Shown in pieces: positions 1 through 11,090 of a stretch of DNA of 64,000 nt (position 1 is its first letter; each line of letters starts with the position of its first letter). The notes under the pieces were generated by a model. That model made no database searches and had not been told where the DNA came from. It saw only the letters and a program-made list of their open reading frames with translations. The stretch lies in assembly GCA_038496445.1 (NCBI GenBank), contig JALMLS010000062.1:674870-738869 (forward strand), written 5' to 3'. Both the position numbers and the translations under genes were made by a program. This DNA is from Trichosphaerium sp. ATCC 40318 (Eukaryota; Protista; Tubulinea).

Positions 1-3000
1 CTCCAGCCGAAGAAGGATACAATCCAAAGAGCAGTCAAAGTTATCAATTGCCTGATGGTTACACATACCCAGCTGATTTCTTGCTTTCCCAAGAGGATGC
101 TAAACAAAACGATATGTTAACTGAATGGGAAGAAAGAGTAATACCTGAGATTAAGGCTTGGATGGAGAAGGATGGATACCCTCGCTTTGAAGTGTCAGAG
201 TATATTCAACAAATTAAAAATGAGTTGATGAATGGTGACGAAAACTCAGCACGCACAATGGTCTTACAAATTCTTGGTGACTCATCTGCTAATATAAGGT
301 ACTGTTTGATTGTTTTTATGCGTGTCCTTGTTCTAATAGTTGTAAGGTTACCTTCCGGCACAAGCCAAGCTGCCAAGTCTCAACCGAAGAAACAACAACT
401 TGATATTGATCGTGTTGTTGTTGGTTTACTTTTGTCGGTTAAAGAACAAGACCCAACTGATATCTCATCTCGTCATTGGCTCTCTGCAATGAACGCTACA
501 ATGGGTAGAATTGGTTGTGTTAAAGCTGTAGATAGAAAGGAGAACCTCATCTTTTTGGAGTTCTACGATCCAGAATCTGGTGTTCTTAAAGAGTGGTGGT
601 TCCCAGTTCAGACTCTACAACGCCCTGCTGCCACACAAACAGGAGTTGAAAAGTCTTTAAATATACCATTCGTGAATGCTGCCTATGATACAGTGCAACA
701 ACAGCTTGTAACCACAGAATCACAACTCGGCCGTATATACATGCGCAGAATTGTGTTATCCTTGTTGAGGCATACTGGCTTGGATAAGAACGGTACGTTT
801 AGAAATCAAATTTGGATCTCCTTTTTGTGGCTTATTTTTCTGTTAAGGTTTGAATGTTGATGATCTACTTCAACTGAGTGCTGCGGAATACATGTCATCT
901 GATACTGTTATTGCTACTAATAAACTACTTCGTGGTAGCGAGACTGTTAAGGGTATGGAATTGATTGACAGCAAGCTTGTTGAGCTGTACAAGAGAGGAA
1001 GTGAGGCAGAACTGACACAATTGCTATCAACGAAGGCTGTTAAAATGCTACGCAGATTTGGTAAACGTATGATAGACAACCAATCCATTGTCAATGCTAA
1101 AAACGTACGACTTGGTCCTATATTCATAAACAAACCCAAGAGAACGAGCTTACTAATTTCTTAGGTTGGTACAATCACAAAGATTAGCGTACCTGACACC
1201 AGGTCAATGATGGTTGTATTTGATCGATCCACAAACCTGCCTGCTGATTCTAAAGGAAAACTTGGCTTCTACCTAGACGCTGAGTGCACCAAACCTGTAA
1301 AGGTATTCCCTGGTGTTGGACCGTTCCTCCCATTCGTTATTGATGCCAATGAATCATTCATTCGTCTAAAGGTACTATTTCTATTCCATCATCTCTTCAG
1401 TTTATACTGACCTTGTTTTAAAAGGCCAAATCGAAGATTGCCAATTGCAAGTTCAAGCTAGACGCATTGCCACTATCAGTGAATGCACCTCTAAGTAAAT
1501 GGCTTGTTGAGTTCATTGTAGATCAAGGCTTTAAATTATCGCCTACATCACCTGACCTTGTACCTGTATTCAACTGTATTCTAGATTTTATATACCATTC
1601 AAAAACACCTTCCAATCTAAAGGAGGGTATGTATAACCTCTTGGCATCTACTTTCGGACGTCTAAGAAGAGACAGCGCTGGAAGAGAGACGCTAAAGAAA
1701 CTTCCTTTGAAGGTACTATTTTTTCAAAAAAAAAATGGAGTTGACAGGTTTGTTTTCTTATGCTGTCTGTAGCGCCTTTCAAAGCTGAAACAAGAAATGC
1801 AATACCTTTATGAACAAGAGACAAAGAGGGGTGTATTACACTCTACGTACTTGCAGAGCTTAACAGAATTCATGGTTGAGGTCAAACTATTCGATCTTGA
1901 AGTCAAAGCAATGCGTCGTTCTAGAATGAAAAAAGACGATACACTCTCTGTTGCTATTTATTTAAGCTCCTTCCTTGAATTAAAGAAGGAATCTATCGAA
2001 AAGGCATCCAAAGGTGCGTTAATAAGAACACTCCGCGTTTCATTGTTCGTTTAGCGAGCTAACCGTATTATCAAGGTGAGAAGGCCAAAACAGAGCCATC
2101 AGGCGATAGTGAGTTGGAACGTGCCCTCAAAGCCTCCCTCGCAAACGCCAATGCAGGAGAAGATGCTCCTGCAACTCAAGCCCAGGATGATGCATCATCT
2201 GGAGGATCCCTATCATGTTCAGGATCTGATTCTGAGGACGCCGATTTTAAGGCTGCTCTTGAAGCCTCTGTTCAGTCTTTTGGTGGTGACGCCGCTCCAA
2301 TGGAAGTTGACGCTCAACCAACTCCAGTAAAATTGGATTTTGATGTCGCCAACGATGATGAAGACGATGACGATGAAGAAGAAGCAATGCGTGCAGCCAT
2401 CGCAGCCTCTCTTGCAACCCACGAACCAGAAAATGCCGGAGAAGGACAAGCCGATTCTATGGAAGTGGACAAGCCTGAAGAAGCTGCTGATGATACCAAA
2501 CCTTCTGAAGATAAGTCAGAGGATAAACCAGAAGAAAAGCCTGAGGATAAAGAACCTGAAAACAAGGAAGAAGAAGAGCCTAAAGAACCTATTGACGACA
2601 ACCAAAACCAAGGTGGACTTGCACCTCCGCCTGTTCCAAACATGTTTGGCTTTGGTGGTGTAGGTGGCGAAGAAGATGACTTAGCCATGGCTATACGTCT
2701 CTCAATGGCTCAAGGTGACGGTGAAGGCTTTAGTATCCCGGCAGATATGGATCCAAACATGCCTATGCAGATAGACTTGAACCGTGTACTTCAAGAGTCA
2801 CTTGGTGGCGCTGATTTGGGATTCCCATTTGGTGCTCCAAACAATCAAGATGACAACCAAGACAATCAACCTAAGGATGACGATAAGGCTGAAAACGATG
2901 GAAACGACAATAAGGATACTGGTGATAAACCAGACGAGCCTATGAAGGACGTTGAACCTAATGTCGATGGTGCTGAACCTAAAACACCAGCTCCACCAAA

Positions 3001-6000
3001 ACCACGTAAGTTTTTTTGTTTTAAATCTATGGATTTTGTATTGTTGTTTGTTTAACTCTTTTATGTGTTTAGCTACTGGTTTCCCTAAACCTCCTACGAA
3101 AAAGACTAAGTCTAGAAGGTCTCGACCTACTGAAACCGACTGGTTCATTAAGATTTGTGCAGTAACACAAGTCTTGGATGTTCTTTGCTTCAGAAAAAAG
3201 AAGGCTTATCCTTTCCGCCGTCAAGTGCTTCATGATTTGACAAGGAAGAGCTGGCAGGAAACAAAGAAGGAGACTATCAAACCACGGATCATTATGGTTG
3301 AGAATCTTCCTTGTGTTCCTCTTGATCGCCACTCAGAACTCGTTTCTACACTTGCTGTAGTTTTCGATGACTTGATCGCAAGTGTCCGTAATAGCCTTTA
3401 TGTACCTTTCGATCATGCCAACAAGATAAGTTGCAAGTACGTCAATCCCTTTATTTAAATCCAAGCCTACTTGTGTGCTAATCATAAACTACCTAGCTTT
3501 GGTTTTGTTGAAATACAGAGCTTGTCTAAGGTTGACGAAGCAATTGAAAAGCTTTCCAAGTATAAATTCAAACTCCCTCAACAACTAAAGGATGTTGTTC
3601 CTAAAACAGATAAGACATCTTATTCATTAAAAGCAAAGAGCTTTTTGGAGCTAGAAACGAACAAAGACCCACGTGTAACAATTGTACGTCATTTCAAAAA
3701 AATTAGTACATGTAAGCGCTGACCTCTTTTTGTTTTAGTTCCTTAAAGGACTGTTGTATGACGAGAGCAAAAAAGAATTATCTCCTGCCTTCAAGAAAGT
3801 GCTATCAGAGGTGTTCGTTTTATTCGCTGGAGACAAAGCAGGTGTTCTTGGTATGTGGTCACTAAAGAAAGATTGTTACTTTATTCAACACATTACTTAT
3901 TGGTTTTTTTTACTACAGACTTTAAAGCGTTATCTGCACTACAGCTTCAATCAATGGGTGAAAAAATGGATCAAAAGACTTTTGACTTTATAGTATCCAA
4001 GTACGATAATAACACAATCGTTCGTGAAGTCCCAGGTAAAGATGGTGCCGAGTGCGTTTCAGAAAAGATTCATGGTCTAACCCTAAAGGTACGTTGTCTC
4101 TGTTTTTTTTTGTTTGGCCTTTCTGTCTAATGTACGATAAAGGGATTCATTGCACACTATGAAACAGATCAAGTACCTAACCAAGATCCTGGGTACACTT
4201 GGTCAGAGCTAGAGGCTCTGGGTTACGACCTGCACCTTGAACGCAGTTTCTACTTTAAGCTTGAAGATGCTATTACAGCTATGGAGTCTAATCACTTTGC
4301 AAAACTGATTGTTGATGAACAAATTGTTCGTTATGCTGAAGACCTTGTAGCAGAGTTCGAACTGGCATCTCCTTTGCTTCTAAGTCACTCCCACATCAAA
4401 CCTATCGAAGAATCAAATTATCTTTCTCAAGTGTTCCCTCTTGTTGCCAAACTTCCTTTGCCTGCACTAAGGCTCAGGTTCCAAATCTTGCACCACTTGA
4501 ATACCGCTCTTAAAGATGTGCTATCATGCATAAACTTTGGATCAAGCGGATGGCTCTCTCAGACGGTGACAAAGTGTCGTGGGTTAATGTTCCACATGGT
4601 CAAGATGACATTCTTCTACAAGGTCTTGGGCCAAACTGCTGTCAAGGTACTGAATACTTCTGTTTTCGTTTCTAAGAACCCAGATTTTGACTTTTTTTCT
4701 TGAAGGTACCACAGCCTACTGTATCTATCAACAGGCTCAAACTTGCTGCTGTTAAAGAGAAGGACCCACCAAAATGTCTTGATGATTATCTTAAAAACAC
4801 GTGCTTTGGTATTACATTCCATCACTTGAAGAAGACCCCACCATCACACTTTAGACAAAAGAAACCTCCTGGCGCAGAACCTCACTTTGCCTTGAAGATT
4901 GACTTTAAAGGAGAAAACGTTGAGGGTGAAGGTGGTCCATACCGACAATTCTTTACTGATATCTCACGTGAGCTCACACACGTGCTACCGCTATTGATAC
5001 CTTGCCCTAATGCCATTACTGGCACTGGTACGCTTATTTTCGATGTAGAATGGTTTTTTTTTTGTTCTGACATTTCACCTAAGGTAAGAACCAAGATAAG
5101 TATATTACAGCTCCATCGTGCAAATCCCGAGTTCATTTGGAAATGTACAAGTTCCTTGGTAAATTGATGGGCATGGCTATACGAACAGGCGTCATGTTGA
5201 CAATTGACTTTCCAGAGTTCTTTTGGAAGCCTCTTGTTGGACAACCATTAGAGCTAGCGGATCTCAGTAAGGTCGACAAGTCGCTTTATGGGTTCCTTGA
5301 GTTTATCAAAAACTGCGAACGCGAGGTACCTATATTTCTAACTAATACCAGCGGAATGCTGACTCCTTTGTCAAGGATCTTGAAGGACCAAACCGCAAGA
5401 TATTCGAAAAGTTCCAAATATTGCTAAGCGATAAGACTGAAGTGTTATTGAAGCCTCATGGTGACCAAATAGATGTCAACTGGGCAAACAGAGGAGAATA
5501 TGTTGATTTAGTCATTTCTAAACGACTACATGAAGCTAGAGCTCAGACTAACGCCATACGTGAAGGTACGTACCTAACAAAGATACTGTAGTATTTCTTG
5601 AGTGCATAAGCTAATAATCTGTTTAGGTATGAACTCTGTTGTACCACCTATGCTCATGAAGATATGCACTTGGCGCGATTTAGAATGGCGCGTCTGTGGC
5701 AAACCAATCATTGACATTAAGCTCCTTAAACGTCATACAGAATATAGTGGTGTTCTTCCTACTGCACCTCATATTATGTACTTTTGGCAGACACTGCAGA
5801 GCTTCTCTCAGGAAGATAGAAGGTAAACAATCGTTAACCCTCAATAATATCAAGAAAAAAAAAAGGATTTTTCTTGAGGTGCAATATCTTCGTGATACTT
5901 ATCTTTGTTAATAGAGCGTTTGTTCGCTTTGCATGGGCACAAGAGAGACTACCAGGTTCTGATCAAGAATTCGAACGCACACGGACACGCATGTTGATCA

Positions 6001-6224
6001 AACCGTTCGATACATCTAACCCTGATAATTGCTTCCCAAAGGCTGATACTTGTTTCTTCAACCTTATGCTCCCAGCCTACTCTAGTGCTGAAATTCTGCG
6101 TAAGCAGTTCTTGTTTGCTATCCACACAGACGCTGACTCTATGGATGCGGATGATCCTCAAGAAGAGGAACCACTAGGACGGCCTACACGAACAGGATTA
6201 TCGGCCTTTTTGGATTTTAGGTAA
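1..6224 (+). CDS. Large HECT-type E3 ubiquitin ligase (HECTD4-like), 5'-truncated by window; multi-exon
   Basis: C-terminal HECT motifs FKGENVEGEGGPYRQFF, YKFLGKLMGMAIR and FPKADTCFFNLMLPAY (catalytic Cys). Four UIM-like motifs in the acidic exon 2.1-3.0 kb. GT-AG introns link the ORF-track fragments. Stop TAA at 6222-6224. Confidence 0.92.
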
Positions 6225-6749
6225 ACCTTTTGCCAATTCACAAAAAAAAGTGTAAACATTTTTCAACCGAACCAAAAAACAAACCTGAACAGACCCTATT
6301 GGCATATTTTGTAAATTGTACCACAATATCCATGCAATAAATGTACAGATCCTACCTGTAAAAAGTGTCTTTTGAGTCATTGATCAAAAAAAGTTGGACA
6401 GAAAAGCAATTTCACGTATTTCTATGGTACACGTGTCAAAATGTGAAGGTACGTATGTACTGCTTACTTTAGCTCTACGTTGAACATTATTTTAGCAATT
6501 GGACAGTGTGTTTCACGTTTATAGTAAACCTGTTTCTGCTAAAGCTCAATTTCATGGATGGCTAATATATTTAGCAATGCTTATTGTTTTATGCACGCAC
6601 ATTAACATGCGCTGTCTATTCGACTAACTCACAAAATGTGTTTCTTGTTGAAATTGGAACTGTAAACAATGCAACCTAACTATGAAAACGAATAGTAGTA
6701 AAACTTGGGTACTTTATTTAGTTTTACATTCGATTGGAGTGCCAAGATC

Positions 6750-7142
6750 TCAGCAGCTTCCACAAGCAGCTTCGCTCCAGCAACACCATTTATCACTTCT
6801 TATGCGAAAGCATAGTGGAGATCCAGGGTAGCAGTATGCAGTTGAACCTATCAAAATAAACGTGAGATACTGAACAACACATTTTTCTTTTCACATACAT
6901 TGACCATTCTTTTCACGACCACGTTTACGCCATCCAGGAGGACACCATCCATTTGTATCACATGTTTCACCACACAACAGTGGTCCTTGCTATACAAACA
7001 ATAGTTAGAAAAGGAAATGTAAGAGGAGATCTTGACTTACTTCAGTTGCTCGTTTAGCTCTTTCACTGAGCTCATTAGATTGGACCGCCAAGGCAACAGT
7101 TAATGCCATGAGTACAAAAGCGAAAAGTGTTGTTGTTTGCAT
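6750..7142 (-). CDS. Secreted Cys-rich prepropeptide, copy 1 (96 aa, 3 exons)
   Basis: Spliced product is MQTTTLFAFVLMALTVALAVQSNELSERAKRATE-QGPLLCGETCDTNGWCPPGWRKRGREKNGQCSTAYCYPGSPLCFRIRSDKWCCWSEAACGSC*. It has a hydrophobic signal peptide, a KR site and two GT-AG introns at the same positions as in copies 2 and 3. Confidence 0.9.
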
Positions 7143-7348
7143 TGTTCTATGAGGTGTGGTTGTTCTTGTTATGGTTTGTATTTATGACTGGAAGGTCAAT
7201 ATGATTTAAGTCTCCATTTCACTTGAATTTTACGGTAAATTATATTTGTTTCACTATCGTAAGTCTACTTTGCAAAACCCAGATAGAATAGTGTTGTTGT
7301 TTTAGTATATTGATGACTAACGATCATGGATAACAAGTGTTGGATTTA
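7140..7348. repeat. Inverted duplicate: 7140-7263 matches ~10005-10125 and 7264-7348 matches ~8585-8660
   Basis: Direct reverse-complement comparison, e.g. cttacgatagtgaaacaaatataatttaccgtaaaattc and gttttagtatattgatgactaacgatcatggataacaagtgttggatt. Confidence 0.9.
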
Positions 7349-7391
7349 GCGAAAAAGAAATGTGGTAAACAGCTTATGATACTTTTATTCA

Positions 7392-7412
7392 GTGAATATG
7401 AAGACTTAAATC
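7392..7412 (+). promoter_or_regulatory. Conserved upstream motif of the peptide genes (GTGAA(T)ATG(G/A)AGACTTAAATC)
   Basis: The same motif lies ~60 bp upstream of the ATG in all three intact copies (7203-7222 minus, 7392-7412, 10046-10065). The copy 2 promoter is otherwise dissimilar. Confidence 0.5.
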
Positions 7413-7476
7413 GTCTAAGTGCATTCAAACAAAACCAATTTACAAAACCTCAACCAACAACAAACCTCATCTTCAA

Positions 7477-7897
7477 ATGAAAACAACAATATTATTTGTA
7501 TTGGTGACTTTGGCATTGATACCAATTGCCTTGACGACCCAATCTAAGCATGCTCAAGACTCTGAAGAAATGCCAGATATGCACGAAAAGAGATCAACTG
7601 AGGTATGTCGACACTTGCTACTTTTACATTGTATTGTTAATTAACATGCGATTTAGCAAGGACCACTGTTGTGTGGCGAAACATGTGATACAAATGGATG
7701 GTGTCCTCCTGGATGGCGTAAACGTGGTCGTGAAAAGAATGGTCAATGTATGTGAAAATCAAATATTGGTAACACTTCTTTAATACTAACCTTTATTAGG
7801 TTCAACTGCATACTGCTACCCTGGATCTCCATTATGCTTTCGCATAAGAAGTGATAAATGGTGTTGCTGGAGCGAAGCTGCTTGTGGAAGTTGCTAA
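7477..7897 (+). CDS. Secreted Cys-rich prepropeptide, copy 2 (104 aa, 3 exons)
   Basis: Exons 7477-7602, 7657-7747 and 7800-7897. MKTTILFVLVTLALIPIALTTQSKHAQDSEEMPDMHEKRSTE is followed by the identical 62-aa, 10-Cys mature region. Confidence 0.92.
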
Positions 7898-8045
7898 GAT
7901 TGCAAAGCCACACTTGTTGTGCCACATATCATTGTAAAGAATCAATAAAAGTGCCAACAAGTAGAATCAGACTCAGTTTACTAACTAAAGTGCTGGTTGT
8001 ATCAAAATGTAGCATAAATATCAGTCACAATTCTTCGGCCAATGA

Positions 8046-8582
8046 GGAATTTCGACTCGTAAAAAGTTGAGCGTAAAAATAATATGGTTCAGAGATTTGG
8101 TCTTTTTTTGGTTTATTTTTACGCTCAAAACTTTTCACTCGTAATCGTAATTTACATGTAAATGTTGTTAGTGAACTACTGAGGCTTAACCTATGTTTTA
8201 TTAAGTTTACAAGGTTGTTAATAATGACAGTGCTGTCACAGTGATTGAAAAAAAACCAATTGATTCACTTCTATTGATGAGAGCCTACTGAGCACTTTCT
8301 AATGACTTTAAAGTATAACGTTGCAAAAACAGCGTTAAACAACGTCTCAATGTATCTGAAGAGCTTGTATAAGGACCAATAACAAGTGGTGATCTTTTTT
8401 TGTATTAATGACTGTATTGTGCAACCAATAAATAAAGTGTTTTTGAATGAGTTACGATTTACGAGTGAAAAGCATTGAGCGTAAAAAAAACGTAAAAAAC
8501 TAAACCCAAAACTGTCGTAAAACTAAGTCCATTCTTTGAAACCAGCAATTTTTACGCTCAGCTTTTTACGAGTCGAAATTCC
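8046..8582. mobile_element. Non-autonomous TIR element (MITE), 537 bp
   Basis: Termini GGAATTTCGACTCGTAAAAAG(T/C)TGAGCGTAAAAAT in inverted orientation, with imperfect inverted similarity extending over 100 bp. Flanks are TGA/TTA (near-match 3-bp TWA-type TSD). No coding capacity. Confidence 0.82.
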
Positions 8583-8637
8583 TTAATCCAACACTTGTTA
8601 TCCATGATCGTTAGTCATCAATATACTAAAACAACAC

Positions 8638-9161
8638 TATCTGGGTTTTGCAAAGTAGAGGACTTCACAGTACGGCATGCCGCTGTATTCGAAAAATACG
8701 TTGTTGGCGAACGCTTTTTTGCACGTGTGGCACGTGAAACAATCTGGATGCCACGTGGCGCCCAAAGCGCTAATGTAGGATCCAAATATTTGTTTGTTAC
8801 AGGACTTATGCGAAAAGAACGTTTAATATCTCCGTGGCCTTACTAGAAAGAACGTACTTGCACATTGGAGCAAAACCAGAGTAAAAGCACGATTGGCAGT
8901 ACGGCTTGCCGGTCCTTGTTTTTCAAAAAAGTTACCTCCTGGGAACGTACGGATACAATTCATGCAAACAAAGCAGTTCATGTGCCACAGTTTTCCCAGT
9001 GCACTTACACCTTGTCCTTGCACCACCTTTTGAGGGATTAATGGATGACTCATAAAATAGAGATACTCAGTACTGGTTGTACTCTGCACAGACATCGGTG
9101 GAGCTGTGCGAGGCGTTTTATTTGCAGATATATCATTTAAGAGGTCCTCGAGTTCATCCAT
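8638..9161 (-). pseudogene. Paxillin-like two-LIM-domain gene, probably decayed
   Basis: N-terminal LD-like motif MDELEDLLNDI and LIM motifs ALGKLWHMNCFVCMNC, GKPYCQSC and ALGATWHPDCFTCHTC..GMPYCE. Frameshifts are needed near 9095 and 8912, splice sites are off-phase, and Zn ligands are replaced (CAEY, YCEVLY). Confidence 0.75.
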
Positions 9162-9381
9162 TGTGTATTAATTGTTTAGTTATTCGTACAACTTTTTTGG
9201 GGTTACCTCCCTTAACTAGCACTGCAATTACAACTAACCACTGCAACAAGGACTGCCGTGCGCTATTAAACGCGTCCTAACTAAACCAGTGACTCAAGTA
9301 TGGAAGGATACAGTTTTTTTATTGTTTTTCCTAACATGATCATTTCGACAAAAAAAGGCTAGTAGTAGCAATAACCGTTGG

Positions 9382-9884
9382 CTAAGTGTTGCGTTGAGAT
9401 ATAAAGCGCTTCAACACTGATTGTTGCAATGGCCTATGTTCCAATTGCTTGAGCGCTTCGGACACGTCGAACCATTTGCGGCTTCTAAAGGTGCTTTCAG
9501 GAAAGTCTTTGAGCTCTTGCTCTACGTGCATGCCGTAGAAGTGCGTTCTTGTTTTCTTTTTGTGGTTTTCAAATACACCCAACGTGCATACAATGCTACC
9601 TTTTACGCCAGCTTCTTCGTACGTCTCGCGTGTAGCTCCATTCATGGGGTTATCGAACTCATCTAATTCTAAGGCTCCTAAATGAAAACTGTTACGGTAA
9701 AATTCTATTCTATCTCTCTTCGTTTGTTACACCGTTAGATCGCACCTGCAGGTATGATAAACTTGTTGCGGTTGCTTGAGCTCGAAATGAGCAACACGCG
9801 CCGTTCATCAGCGGAAACCAGCAAACAGCCAGCACGTGCGCGCCAACCATCAATTCTATCCGGTTTTGATACAACTGGCTTCAT
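9382..9884 (-). CDS. Nudix hydrolase, diphosphoinositol-polyphosphate phosphohydrolase (DIPP/NUDT3-like)
   Basis: Two exons: RARAGCLL..VLLISSS...FIIPAG|ALELDE....GATRETYEEAGVKG (Nudix box), then FPESTFRSRKWF. Confidence 0.88.
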
Positions 9885-10122
9885 CGTAAGCAACAGGCTC
9901 GAAGTCTACACGTTATGTAAAATAGTGAGGACCATGAATTGTAGCTTAAAAACATCTTGCGTGGTATTCTTGGCGAGTGTTTATGGTACACGCTTTTTAA
10001 GTTGCTTACGATAGTGAAACAAATATAATTTACCGTAAAATTCACGTGAAATGGAGACTTAAATCATCTCCTTTCAGTCATAAATACAAACCATAACAAG
10101 AACAACCACACCTCATAGAACA

Positions 10123-10529
10123 ATGCAAATAACAACACTTTTCATTTTTGTACTCATGGCATTAACTGTTGCCTTGACGACCCAATCTAAGCACGCTCAA
10201 GACTCTGAAGAAATGCCAGATATGCACGAAAAGAGATCAACTGAGGCACTTGCTACTTCTACTTTGTACATGACTAACATACGATTTAGCAAGGACCATT
10301 GTTGTGTGGTGAAACATGTGATACAAATGGATGGTGTCCTCCTGGATGGCGTAAACGTGGTCGTGAAAAGAATGGTCAATGTATGTGAAAAGAAAAATAT
10401 GTTGTACAGTATCTCACGTTTATTTTATTAGGTTCAACTGCATACTGCTACCCTGGATCTCCATTATGTTTCCGTATCAGAAGTGATAAATGGTGTTGCT
10501 GGAGTGAAGCTGCTTGTGGAAGCTGCTAA
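10123..10529 (+). CDS. Secreted Cys-rich prepropeptide, copy 3 (103 aa; first intron GC-AG)
   Basis: MQITTLFIFVLMALTVALTTQSKHAQDSEEMPDMHEKRSTE is followed by the identical mature region, with only synonymous differences. Intron 10246-10289 starts GC. Confidence 0.82.
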
Positions 10530-10749
10530 TATCCACAAATGTGTAAAACTTGAAATAAAGTTCCCAGCTACAAATTCTTGTTTCATTTCAACAAGTGGAA
10601 TAAGATTACAGTTTACTCACCAAAGTGCTGGTTATATCAAAATGTAGCATAAATATCAGTCATATATGTTTTGGTCTCAATGAACTATTACATGCTTTTG
10701 TTGCACTAACAAGTCGTAGTTGTATAAATTTAATCCATTAAGTTTCAGT

Positions 10750-11090
10750 TCAAGGTGATCCACGCTTACAGCAAATTGCCTCATTCCAGCAGCACCTCTA
10801 GGTACTAGTACCTTGTTATTAATGATCCAGGGTAGTAGCATACTAGTATGGACAATTTTGTTTGATAACAAATAATTGTAGCTCTTAATGAATTTGTTCC
10901 TACTCCATCCAGGAGGAAGCTGTATTAGGAACATGCTTACTATAAGGCGTTAGCAAGGTAGACTGTTCAAGAAATAGTTGACTTACTTCTTATGCTCACA
11001 GTTCTAAGCATTCGCTCGCTGAGCTAATCAGATTGGACTACCAAGGTAGAACTCAATGTCATAAGGACAAAGGTCAAAAGGATTGCATTG
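10750..11090 (-). pseudogene. Diverged, decayed copy 4 of the Cys-rich peptide family
   Basis: Remnants ILLTFVLMTLSSTLVVQSD*LSER (GAG>TAG relative to copy 1), a GTAAGT donor at the homologous position, PPGWSR, YYPGS and RCCWNEAICC. Confidence 0.8.

Noticed and set aside
2219-2688. Antisense and alternative-frame ORFs over the acidic HECT exon (and similar shadow ORFs throughout)
   Set aside because: They are low-complexity by-products of the sense codons, with no independent motifs.
7550-7783. ORF-track peptides containing SKDHCCV.KHVIQMDGVLLDG (also 10123-10431)
   Set aside because: These are intron read-through into the wrong frame. The spliced frame QGPLLCGETC is the one conserved with only synonymous changes.
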